A DNA stretch of 32,000 nucleotides from Trichodesmium erythraeum IMS101 (GTDB lineage: Bacteria > Cyanobacteriota > Cyanobacteriia > Cyanobacteriales > Microcoleaceae), in assembly GCF_000014265.1 (NCBI RefSeq), contig NC_008312.1, positions 3,390,001 to 3,422,000 of the forward strand, given 5' to 3'. The position numbers were made by a program, and so were the translations under genes. Every line of letters starts with the position of its first letter. The first letter of the stretch is position 1. This document shows positions 1 to 8,085 of this stretch, one piece after another. The notes beneath the pieces were generated by a model, which ran no database searches, was not told the DNA's origin, and worked only from the letters and a program-made list of their open reading frames with translations.

Positions 1-1242
1 ATAGTCTGCACAGGTAGCGGTGTCACCCTAGCTAACGAATACAGACAATATGCCTCTGGCAGTGTCGTACATTCACTCATACTCAGCGATGAAGAATTGA
101 AAGTTGCTTATTCTGGTGCAATAGCTTTAGTTTATCCTTCTTTATACGAAGGTTTTGGAATGCCTGTTGCCGAAGCATTAGCTTGTGCTTGCCCGGTGAT
201 TACTTGTGCCAATGCTTCTATTCCTGAAGTTGTCGGGGAAGCTGCTATATATGTTGATGGCAATGACGTAGATGGTTTGACGGATGCCCTGTGTGAAGTG
301 CAAAAGCCAAAAGTGCGTAATTCTTTAATTGCTACTGGTTTAGAACAAGCGAAGAAATTCTCTTGGGGTAAAATGGCTGATATTATGAGTATTGCTTTAA
401 TGAAAGCAACTTTAGGGCATTTAAATCTCAGGGATATTAATTTAATTATTTTCCCAGACTGGACGCAACCAGAAGAAACAGTGGGATGGGAATTCCAAGA
501 GGTAATCAAAAATCTGGTGACTCATCCAGATAGAGCTAAGATGACTTTATTAATAGATAACAGCAATATTATTGCTGAAGATGCAGATTTAATTTTATCT
601 AGCGTGGCAATGAACTTGTTAATGGAGGAAGAATTAGAGGTAGATGAGGGACCAGAAATTGTTTTAGTTGGGGAGTTGAGTCAAGTGCAGTGGTCTGCTT
701 TAATACCTCAGTTACAAGGTAGGATTAAATTGGAACATGAGAATGGGGAAGCGATCGCTGTTGTTGATAAAGATCTCCCTGTTTATGAGATTCAAGGTAT
801 AGAGCGATCGCGATCTCTTAGGCTAGAAACTGGTAGATGGGAACTTTTTAAACTAAGCGAAATTAATTTTGTTATATTCCCAGACTGGTCCCAACCAGAA
901 GAAACAGTGGGATTGGAATTAAAAGAGGTAATCAAAAATCTGGTGACTCATCCAGATAGAGGTAAGATGACTTTATTAGTAGATAACAGCAATATTACTG
1001 CTGAAGATGCAGATTTAATTTTATCTAGCGTGGCAATGAACTTGTTAATGGAGGAAGAATTAGAGGTAGATGAGGGACCAGAAATTGTTTTAGTTGGGGA
1101 GTTGAGTCAAGTGCAGTGGTCTGCTTTAATACCTCAGTTGCAAGGTAGGATTAAATTGGAACATGAGAATGGGGAAGCGATCGCTTCTGCAAAAGCAAGT
1201 CATATTACTGCTCTAAGTCTGAATGATTTAGCTAATAGTTAA
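1..1242 (+). CDS. Glycosyltransferase (GT-B fold, family 4-like), 5'-truncated by the window edge, with two tandem C-terminal FPDW modules
   Basis: Frame 1 is open from nt 1, so the TTG at 97 picked by the ORF caller is probably internal. ALVYPSLYEGFGMPVAEALACACPVITCANASIPEVVGEAAIYVD matches the E-x7-E C-terminal Rossmann signature of GT4-type enzymes. It is followed by two near-identical ~103-aa modules starting (I/V)IFPDW(T/S)QPEE. Confidence 0.8.
   Translation: MVCTGSGVTLANEYRQYASGSVVHSLILSDEELKVAYSGAIALVYPSLYEGFGMPVAEALACACPVITCANASIPEVVGEAAIYVDGNDVDGLTDALCEVQKPKVRNSLIATGLEQAKKFSWGKMADIMSIALMKATLGHLNLRDINLIIFPDWTQPEETVGWEFQEVIKNLVTHPDRAKMTLLIDNSNIIAEDADLILSSVAMNLLMEEELEVDEGPEIVLVGELSQVQWSALIPQLQGRIKLEHENGEAIAVVDKDLPVYEIQGIERSRSLRLETGRWELFKLSEINFVIFPDWSQPEETVGLELKEVIKNLVTHPDRGKMTLLVDNSNITAEDADLILSSVAMNLLMEEELEVDEGPEIVLVGELSQVQWSALIPQLQGRIKLEHENGEAIASAKASHITALSLNDLANS
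451..759 (+). repeat. FPDW module copy 1 (309-bp coding repeat)
   Basis: Runs from ttcccagactgg to gaagcgatcgct. My manual alignment gives 9 mismatches to copy 2 over 309 nt. The copy ends on a HIP1 site (GCGATCGC, 751-758). Confidence 0.9.
877..1185 (+). repeat. FPDW module copy 2 (309-bp coding repeat)
   Basis: Same 309-bp unit, 426 bp downstream of copy 1 in the same ORF and the same frame. It ends on a HIP1 site. Confidence 0.9.
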
Positions 1243-1277
1243 AGTAAAAAAACTGAACAAAAGAGGAAATTTTAAGG

Positions 1278-2735
1278 ATGCCAATATTTGTTGATAACTT
1301 AAAGAAAAATAGAAAAATAGATGATATTCATTTAACCATAGCCATTGTAGGTTCTAGAAAGCTTGAACAGTTTGAAGAAGAATATATCAATCAAGGATGG
1401 GGTTTAATGTCCCCCAATCTGACCATATACGGTTTTGATGCTGATCAAGACGCGTGCAAGAAAATGAACACAAAGCTGCAAGAACAACAAATCAGCCATC
1501 AAGAAAAACACATACCCTTGGCTCTTTGGGATTCTGTAGAAACTGCTACTTTGCACATTACTAAATTCCCTGCTTGTAGTTCTTTGTACCCTCCAAGTCA
1601 GTCATATATTGATCGCTTTATTGGAAATTCCCCACTTATGGAATTAGCATCCACCCAAGAGATTCAAACAACAACTTTAGATGATTTTTGTCATTCTGAG
1701 GAAATCAGTGAAATTGATTTTATACAAATTGATACTCAAGGAGCAGAACTCAAAATTTTAGAAGGTGCTAAGGAAATTTTAAAAAGTGTTTTGTCACTAA
1801 ATGTAGAGGTAGAATTTACGAGTCTCTATGATAATCAACCTTTGTTTGGGGATGTTGACTTGTATCTGAGGAAAAAAGGCTTTACCCTATTTGATTTTGG
1901 AACTTTGTATCGAGATTCCCGTCGCAGAAGTTCCATATGTTCTCAAGAGCATCCCGGTCAATTAATATGGACAGATGCTTTTTACTTTCAGGATTTGATC
2001 CAAAAGTCATCCGCTCAGGAATCGTGTAATAAGACTCCAGAAAAGCTGTTAAAGTTAGCTTGTATTGCCGATATCCTAAAATTTCCTGACGTAGCAATGG
2101 AAGCCCTGGAGTGCTTAACTTGGAAGTATGGTGATAATCCTAAGTACAATTTTGCCAACAACATAGCAGAGGTTTTATCCCAATTCCACAATTTGGCTAA
2201 GGAGGGAGTGGGCGCTTTACCAGCGATGGAAAGAATCAAAGGTTATCTCAATAGTAAGTATTTTTTAAATCAGCCAGTGGTTAAAGAAGACGAGCTACAT
2301 TCAAGGTTAAAATTCAGACAATTTAATCTGATAATTTTCCCAGACTGGACGCAACCAGAAGAAACAGTGGGATTAGAATTACAAAAAGTAATTAAAAGTC
2401 TAGTGACTCATCCAGATAGAGCTAAGATGACTTTATTAATAGATAACAGCAATATTACTGCTGAAGATGCAGATTTAATTTTATCTAGCGTGGCAATGAA
2501 CTTGTTAATGGAGGAAGAATTAGAGGTAGATGAGGGACCAGAAATTGTTTTAGTTGGGGAGTTGAGTCAAGTGCAGTGGTCTGCTTTAATACCTCAGTTG
2601 CAAAGTAGGATTAAATTGGAACATGAGAATGGGGAAGCGATCGCTCAAATTAAAGCAGAAAATATTCCTATTATTGAACTCAATAACTTGGCAAGAAAAA
2701 GTTTTTGTATTCATAAAACCGTTGATTTCACCTGA
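1278..2735 (+). CDS. FkbM-family SAM-dependent methyltransferase with a C-terminal FPDW module
   Basis: 485-aa ORF with a GAGGA ribosome-binding site ~10 nt upstream of the ATG. IDFIQIDTQGAELKILEGAKEIL matches the FkbM (Methyltransf_21) core I recall (IDxxKIDxEGxExxVLxG). It lies 35 nt after the glycosyltransferase stop, so the two are probably co-transcribed. Confidence 0.85.
   Translation: MPIFVDNLKKNRKIDDIHLTIAIVGSRKLEQFEEEYINQGWGLMSPNLTIYGFDADQDACKKMNTKLQEQQISHQEKHIPLALWDSVETATLHITKFPACSSLYPPSQSYIDRFIGNSPLMELASTQEIQTTTLDDFCHSEEISEIDFIQIDTQGAELKILEGAKEILKSVLSLNVEVEFTSLYDNQPLFGDVDLYLRKKGFTLFDFGTLYRDSRRRSSICSQEHPGQLIWTDAFYFQDLIQKSSAQESCNKTPEKLLKLACIADILKFPDVAMEALECLTWKYGDNPKYNFANNIAEVLSQFHNLAKEGVGALPAMERIKGYLNSKYFLNQPVVKEDELHSRLKFRQFNLIIFPDWTQPEETVGLELQKVIKSLVTHPDRAKMTLLIDNSNITAEDADLILSSVAMNLLMEEELEVDEGPEIVLVGELSQVQWSALIPQLQSRIKLEHENGEAIAQIKAENIPIIELNNLARKSFCIHKTVDFT
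2337..2645 (+). repeat. FPDW module copy 3 (309-bp coding repeat, in the neighbouring gene)
   Basis: Same unit at the C-terminus of the FkbM methyltransferase ORF. The last 186 nt differ from copies 1 and 2 at only 1-2 positions; differences cluster in the first ~120 nt. It ends on a HIP1 site. Confidence 0.9.
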
Positions 2736-2797
2736 CAAAATGCTCAATTGTCGACCGTCTCGTAAATAGCGATCGAGTATTTAAGAATTTAGTCAAA

Positions 2798-4133
2798 ATT
2801 AGTCCTGACCAACTTTTGTCTAAAAGATACTTCCTCTGTTAGCTGTTGTGTTAGTAAAACTATCTCTTCACTCAGATAACCATTAGAGGGTAAGGTACGA
2901 AACTAACAGGGGAAATACTTCCATACATTCATAGGCATCTCTAAACTAAGCAATTGTAAAACACCTAGAGCTAAGTGTTGATGAAAAACCGTTCCATTGC
3001 CTCTGCCTCAACTTTTCTCTGAAACTGTTGTTATTGTTTTTTCGGATATTGACTGAGAATTAAGTCTTTCGGCCACCCCTGAGTCCGAGTCATATCTTTC
3101 ATCCAAAACTGATAGCTAAAAACCGACAATAGTTGAATAAGTTCCGGAAAGTAACTTCAACCTTGAAACGCCAACTGTAAGCGGTTAAAATTTATGCTGC
3201 TGATCAAGTGACATCAGTTGAAAGCAGGATTATTTATTTCCCCGACCGCCACACAGCTAGTACAAAGCGAACTTTTTGAACAGAAGAGTCCTAATGCAAA
3301 TCTATACTGTGACTGTGGTATTTGAGCTTCACCATGTTGCCATAAAGTAGTAGAGTTTCTGTAGTAAAGCAGTCTTTCTCGTCAAACAAGTTCCGTAATT
3401 TGACTGATTCACCCCAGATGCGAGGCATGTCCCGACTGTATTTGAGTGGTGGTGGCAGTAAAGGATATTTATCTACTGCATTGATGCGTACTCTGGTAAT
3501 TAAGTGTATCTAATAATTCCTAAAATCTTCAATCAAGTGTTTAGAAGCATAATAAGCATCCAGAATGATATCGCTACCAGCATAGATAAGTTCGATACAC
3601 AAAGTAGACATTCACTCTACTATTATAGTTTCATCATCCTCAGCCATCTTGATACCATCTTGTAACCCCAAAGTCACAGGAACTGCTTTTAAACAAGAGC
3701 CTGTAACTGAAAGTAAGGCGAGAGCTCCAAAGTAATGACCTCGTATCCACTCTGGTTTGGTGACATTTTCTGATTCATTATGCAGTTTTTTCACCGCCGG
3801 CATTTTTCTTCCTTCCTTACCGACTTTAATACCATCACCTAGATAAACTAGTTGACCTCTGAGACGGTAGACTTTTGGGTGAGTGATTAACCACTTGTGC
3901 CACATGGTGGATAATTTTTAGACACTAATTCCCTTTGAATGAAATCAGTGTAAAGCTTGGGTGTAGTAATTTTGTGTTACTCCCACTGGGTTTACATAGC
4001 TGGTAACTGCCCGATGTTGGCTACATAAAAGAATGCCCCAAATCAGGATAACAAAACATTCATAAGTGGCATGAAGACTAAACACTGGACTTAAGTTGGT
4101 CAATATTTGCTCTAGACAACGTATTATGTGCAT
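2798..4133 (-). pseudogene. Degraded IS4-type DDE transposase gene (multiple stops and frameshifts)
   Basis: Minus-strand fragments read MHIIRCLEQILTNLSPVFSLHATYECFVILIWGILLC (4133-3945), MWHKWLITHPKVYRLRGQLVYLGDGIKVGKEGRKMPAVKKLHNESEN (3905-3612), then MSTLCIELIYAGSDIILDAYYASKHL and LLSTDVT..AYSWRFKVEVTFRNL. These are split over several frames by stops. The Y-x2-RW-x-VE motif is typical of IS4-type transposases. Element boundaries are uncertain. Confidence 0.65.
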
Positions 4134-4356
4134 AATAAAGATTAGCTAGTCAAATTTAAGAATCATTAACTAGTATGCACCATTCCCCGACTTTTAGTGG
4201 GAAATGTTTTTTTTTACTCAGAACTTTGTACTGTCCAGTTAGTAGGTATGAGTGAAAAATTAACCCTCATACCAAACTCAGGATACCAGGTAAAAGTCAC
4301 CGTACGAAAAAAACTGTAGAAAATCGTAACAGCTTTTATCTTGATATTGGATTAAG

Positions 4357-4640
4357 CTATACAGGCTCTACCGCACAGCTCACTATTCCCTCGGCAGTAA
4401 ATGCCTCTGGGAATTTCTTGTCTTAAATTTGAATACTGCCATTGATATCGGCATTAATGACTATACCAGTTGCACTCCTGAATAAACCACGTTTGACTCA
4501 TTTACCCCCATAAGTTTCATGTTTAATTGGTAGCTCTTGCTCAAGTGCAGAAGTTTTACTGGTGTAACAATATCCGTTTCAATTGAACCAGTGGGGTTAA
4601 ATTCCTAATCTGTCTCCAGCCCTCGGAGCACAGTTATGAA
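4357..4640 (-). pseudogene. TnpB-like (IS200/IS605 OrfB family) C-terminal remnant
   Basis: The minus-strand translation contains KRGLFRSATGIVINADINGSIQI*DKKFPEAFTAEGIVSCAVEPV*. This resembles the C-terminal RuvC-III/tail region of cyanobacterial TnpB proteins (..NADVNG..NI.RK..P..F). The upstream part is badly decayed and has stops. Confidence 0.5.
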
Positions 4641-4860
4641 TATCACTCAATCAATAGGACAATAATAATAATCCGTGAGAAAGATAGTTTAAACGTTCTA
4701 CTTTTACCCTTCGATTTAATCAGTTTCCTTGGAATGTTCTACAAGATTTGTATAATCTAGTTTATCGCTCTATTGATAAGATCAGCTTATAGGTTTTCAT
4801 TACAAGAAACATAAGAGAACCTACTTATAAGCGGCTCTACATAAGGGTTTTAAAATTCGA

Positions 4861-4903
4861 TAGTCATCATATATGATGAGTCAGTAATCATATATGATGA
4901 CTA
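4861..4903. repeat. Perfect 17-bp inverted repeat with a 9-nt loop; possible terminator of the monooxygenase gene
   Basis: tagtcatcatatatgat (4861-4877) is the exact reverse complement of atcatatatgatgacta (4887-4903). Each arm also carries an internal palindrome (atcatatatgat). It lies 46 nt downstream of the minus-strand stop at 4949. Confidence 0.6.
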
Positions 4904-4948
4904 TTTCTTCGAGAGCGTGATGAAACGTAAAAATATAGCCTCAGTAGA

Positions 4949-6190
4949 TCAAGACACAGCTGTTTTTACATCAAAATCATAAATCCAAGCTGTTTTTTTA
5001 TTCAGTAGACTAGGAACAGTCGTCGATACTACACCCAAAGCAAAATTTCTGATCGCTGCTTTCACTCCTGAAGCATGGAAGATATTAGCGTTATTTATCG
5101 ATACTTGCTGTACTTTTGTCGTGCGTTTGATTCGGGCTTGTTGATACTTGATAAAGGCTTTTTCTATATCCCTTTCACTAGCTAGATACTTAGCTAAGAC
5201 ATAAGCATCTTCTATTGCCATAGCTGCTCCTTGCGCCTGAAACGGAAGCATAGGGTGGGCTGCATCCCCTAATAGTGTTACCTTACCTCGCGACCAATAA
5301 GGTAGTGGTTTATGGATAAATAAGCCCCATTTGAAGCAAGGTTCGGGACTTGCTGCCATATCTTCTAAAATCTCATTAAGTTCCTCAGATTGGTTGGCAA
5401 AATCCCTAGCTACAGCTTTTTTATCCGCAGGAATTGTCCAACCCTGCGGATTCCAGTTTTTATCTTTGACAACTAATACTAAGTTGAGCCAAGATGTTGA
5501 GTTCTGTTCGTTACCATTAGGATAGACTACAACGTGATGATTTTTTCCCATCCAAACAGTTGCTTTACCCCATAAAGGAAGATATTTGTCTTGAAAAGGT
5601 AAAATTGCCCTGTATGCAGCATAGCCAGCGTATTGAGCTTGATTTTGGGAAAAGACAGATGTAGCGCTATCTTGCGGGTTTTCCCCATGGGCGACAGCAT
5701 TAAAAAGCGATCGCCTGACGAGCGAACGAACCCCATCTGCTGCCACCAATGCTTTTGCTGTTGTGGATGGGAGGTTGTGCCAGGAAAGCAATAGTTGGTC
5801 ATCCTTTTCTTCATAAGACTCCAAACATCGCGAGAAATGAATTCTACTTTTATCTTGGATCGAATTAAATACTAAGGAGTGTAAATCTGCCCGTCGGCAT
5901 TGATAATAAGGTGTATCGTTGTCAAGTTGCCATGTCGCTAAAACTCTGTTGGAGTTAAAAGAGCGCAATTCAAAACCCAGACAAAGATGAGATACTTCCT
6001 CTAGCTGTTGTTCTAAACCTAATTCCCTCAACACCCGAACCACATTAGGGCTTACTTGAATCCCGTATCCTAAAGCTTCAAAAGAATCTGCTTGCTCGTA
6101 TAGTTGAAAATCAATGCCTTTTTGTTCTAAAGCACAAGCTAAAGTTAAACCACCAATACCAGCACCAACTATGATAATTTCTTCTTCCAT
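4949..6190 (-). CDS. FAD-dependent (group A flavin) monooxygenase, UbiH/salicylate-hydroxylase-like
   Basis: Three motifs are present: the N-terminal dinucleotide fold IIIVGAGIGGLTLACALEQKGIDFQLYEQ, the DG motif AADGVRSLVRR, and the C-terminal LLGDAAHPMLPFQAQGAAMAIEDAYVLA. The ORF caller's start at 6205 is a TTG; the ATG at 6190 (MEEEIIIVGAG) is more plausible. Confidence 0.9.
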   Translation of the reverse strand: MEEEIIIVGAGIGGLTLACALEQKGIDFQLYEQADSFEALGYGIQVSPNVVRVLRELGLEQQLEEVSHLCLGFELRSFNSNRVLATWQLDNDTPYYQCRRADLHSLVFNSIQDKSRIHFSRCLESYEEKDDQLLLSWHNLPSTTAKALVAADGVRSLVRRSLFNAVAHGENPQDSATSVFSQNQAQYAGYAAYRAILPFQDKYLPLWGKATVWMGKNHHVVVYPNGNEQNSTSWLNLVLVVKDKNWNPQGWTIPADKKAVARDFANQSEELNEILEDMAASPEPCFKWGLFIHKPLPYWSRGKVTLLGDAAHPMLPFQAQGAAMAIEDAYVLAKYLASERDIEKAFIKYQQARIKRTTKVQQVSINNANIFHASGVKAAIRNFALGVVSTTVPSLLNKKTAWIYDFDVKTAVS

Positions 6191-6278
6191 TTGGTTTTTT
6201 CTCAATAAAGAATGCTACAGATTATTAGCTTTGCTTTTCATCTGTAGCAAATATTTGCTGAAATCAGTATTTAATCTC

Positions 6279-7265
6279 TTAAGCGTTAGCTACTTCAGTG
6301 GTAGCAGTCTCTGTTGAGACAGGTACTGAGTTAGACTTAACAGCGCGGAACATTCCAAATCTGCACAGCCCAGCACCAAATCCCAATCGCATCAATAACA
6401 TAGTAGGTACTTCTCTGAGAGATTTAATAAACCCTGAAAAGCCAAACTTAATCAATCCTTTGGGTCTAACAATTCCTTGCCAAATTGATTCGAACCAAGA
6501 AGGGAGAGTTTCTTGAGTCCAATCTGCGGTGGCTACTTCTCCTTCGACTAACCCAGTTTCCGCTATTTGTTCCGAAAAGCCTTCGATACTAGAAAAGGCA
6601 GGATGTGACCACTGGTCCAATAATTGACGCATTACGGGTTTTTCCCAATAATTCAGGGGTTTTTGACGGTCATCGCGCTGATTCCAATCAGCTACGACCA
6701 AAATACCGCCAGGTTTTAAGACACGCATCATTTCTGAACCATACTTGACCTTATCCGGCATATGAGGTCCAGCTTCAATCGACCAAACCACATCAAAACT
6801 ATTGTCTGGGAAAGATAGTGCCAACGCATCATCTACCTGGAATTTAGCCGTAACTCCTTGAGGGGTTAATTCTGTTGCCCGTTGTACCTGTTTGGGGCTA
6901 ATGGTAACCCCCGTAACTTCAAACTCGTATTCTTTGGCTAAGATACGGCTGCTGCCACCAATTCCACAACCGACATCTAAAACAGTAGTACCACGAGGTA
7001 ATTTGTCTAAACCACCCCACTTGACCATTTCGTGAACGAAGTCAGCTTTGGCTTGCAAAAAATCTTTGCGTCGTGGTGGTGAACCATAGTGACCTAAATG
7101 AATATGTTCGCCCCAGTAAAATTCTAAAATACCGTCTTGAGTCCAGTCGTCATAGGAATTGGCTACCGTATTAGAGGATTCATAGCTACGGGGAGTGATT
7201 AAATAGATAACTATGCCGAGGGCTACGAGTAATAATATAAATCCAAGAGCGTAATATAAGTACAT
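6279..7265 (-). CDS. SAM-dependent methyltransferase of the cyanobacterial MPBQ/MSBQ (2-methyl-6-prenyl-benzoquinol) type, sll0418-like
   Basis: It has an N-terminal TM helix, then YDDWTQDGILEFYWGEHIHLGHYG, SAM motif I VLDVGCGIGGSSRILAKEY, then SFDVVWSIEAGPHMPDK and GGILVVADWNQRDDRQKPLNYWEKPVMRQLLDQWSHPAF. I recognise this from memory as very close to Synechocystis sll0418; BLAST confirmation is needed. Confidence 0.8.
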   Translation of the reverse strand: MYLYYALGFILLLVALGIVIYLITPRSYESSNTVANSYDDWTQDGILEFYWGEHIHLGHYGSPPRRKDFLQAKADFVHEMVKWGGLDKLPRGTTVLDVGCGIGGSSRILAKEYEFEVTGVTISPKQVQRATELTPQGVTAKFQVDDALALSFPDNSFDVVWSIEAGPHMPDKVKYGSEMMRVLKPGGILVVADWNQRDDRQKPLNYWEKPVMRQLLDQWSHPAFSSIEGFSEQIAETGLVEGEVATADWTQETLPSWFESIWQGIVRPKGLIKFGFSGFIKSLREVPTMLLMRLGFGAGLCRFGMFRAVKSNSVPVSTETATTEVANA

Positions 7266-7308
7266 GAAGAAAACCGTAATATTTATTTATAATGTTCTGT
7301 ATATAATA

Positions 7309-8085
7309 TCAACTTTCGGCAGTGCACAGCTTCTTGCTTGTGAGCAAGTTTTTTGTGTAGCTAACCTTTTCGTCCACAACCAGGGGGACGATAGCCTGAG
7401 TAAGAGGTAAAGAAGGATAAGAGTAGTTTGGTATAGTCTGTATTAACAGCCAGACAAAACTAGAGTGAATTGCTGATAAGACAACAGCCCAGACAGTATC
7501 TTTTAGGAAAATACCCCTAAAAATTGTGGAACTAAACCCATGTCCACCCGTTAACAGAGCAATCAACACGATACTGCCCTGATAAATAGCATAACCACCG
7601 ACAACAGCGATCGCTAACCACAGTAAATAACCCCGAAAACTACGAGGGCTAAATTTTAGTCGTAGGGTAATTAGCCAAGTAATCAGCAGTGTTCCCAAAC
7701 CCATTACTAGCCCACAACTAAAAGACTCAAAAGTACAGGGATATTGGCGAATGGTGAAACCATAAAGCTGATTGGCAAACCAGATACTTGTAACAGTAAT
7801 AAGCGCTTTTTTGCGAGTCAAAGTGTTACCATATACCGCAGCAAAACCGACTAAAGGCACATGGGGATAGATAATACTGCTAGCACTACCAATAGCAATT
7901 AGAGATAGCTGCCACTTATTGCCACTACTCACCATTTCTCCTACTGTTTGCCATAAATTAAGCTTACTCAAAGCAGCCAATGAAAATTTTTTAGATGGTA
8001 CTTTGAATGAGAATACGTAAGGATTCAGAGCAGGTTGTGAATCAACTAATCTCGAACTATCCAGTTTTTTGATCTGGGAATTCAT
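7309..8085 (-). CDS. Polytopic membrane protein of unknown function
   Basis: 258-aa ORF with an ATG start and about 6 hydrophobic segments. It is on the same strand as the methyltransferase and 43 nt upstream of it. I recognise no family motif. Confidence 0.6.
   Translation of the reverse strand: MNSQIKKLDSSRLVDSQPALNPYVFSFKVPSKKFSLAALSKLNLWQTVGEMVSSGNKWQLSLIAIGSASSIIYPHVPLVGFAAVYGNTLTRKKALITVTSIWFANQLYGFTIRQYPCTFESFSCGLVMGLGTLLITWLITLRLKFSPRSFRGYLLWLAIAVVGGYAIYQGSIVLIALLTGGHGFSSTIFRGIFLKDTVWAVVLSAIHSSFVWLLIQTIPNYSYPSLPLTQAIVPLVVDEKVSYTKNLLTSKKLCTAES

Noticed and set aside
132-509. Antisense or out-of-frame ORFs in the track that overlap well-supported genes: 132-509, 1882-2097, 2015-2239, 5331-5525, 5527-5814, 6114-6317, 6298-6516, 12430-12615, 14707-15006, 15182-15424, 15760-15942, 17977-18261, 19446-19868, 21480-21812, 26162-26389, 27623-27874, 29971-30174.
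   Set aside because: Each lies inside, or mostly inside, a longer ORF that has clear family motifs. Their translations are low-complexity or compositionally odd and show no recognisable motifs, so they are most likely shadow ORFs.
421-2645. Considered whether the three near-identical modules could be a diversity-generating retroelement (template repeat and variable repeats).
   Set aside because: The differences between copies are not confined to adenine positions (for example acg/tcc, g/t, cc/aa, c/g, t/c), they cluster at the 5' end of the module, and no reverse transcriptase gene is in the window.
2790-4154. Terminal inverted repeats for the IS4-like relic, including a 10-bp inverted match (tgaccaactt at 2806-2815 and aagttggtca at 4093-4102).
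   Set aside because: The right-hand copy lies inside the transposase N-terminal coding remnant and is not equidistant from the putative ends. I therefore treat the element boundaries as unresolved and report only the TAGTCAAA direct repeat, as tentative.
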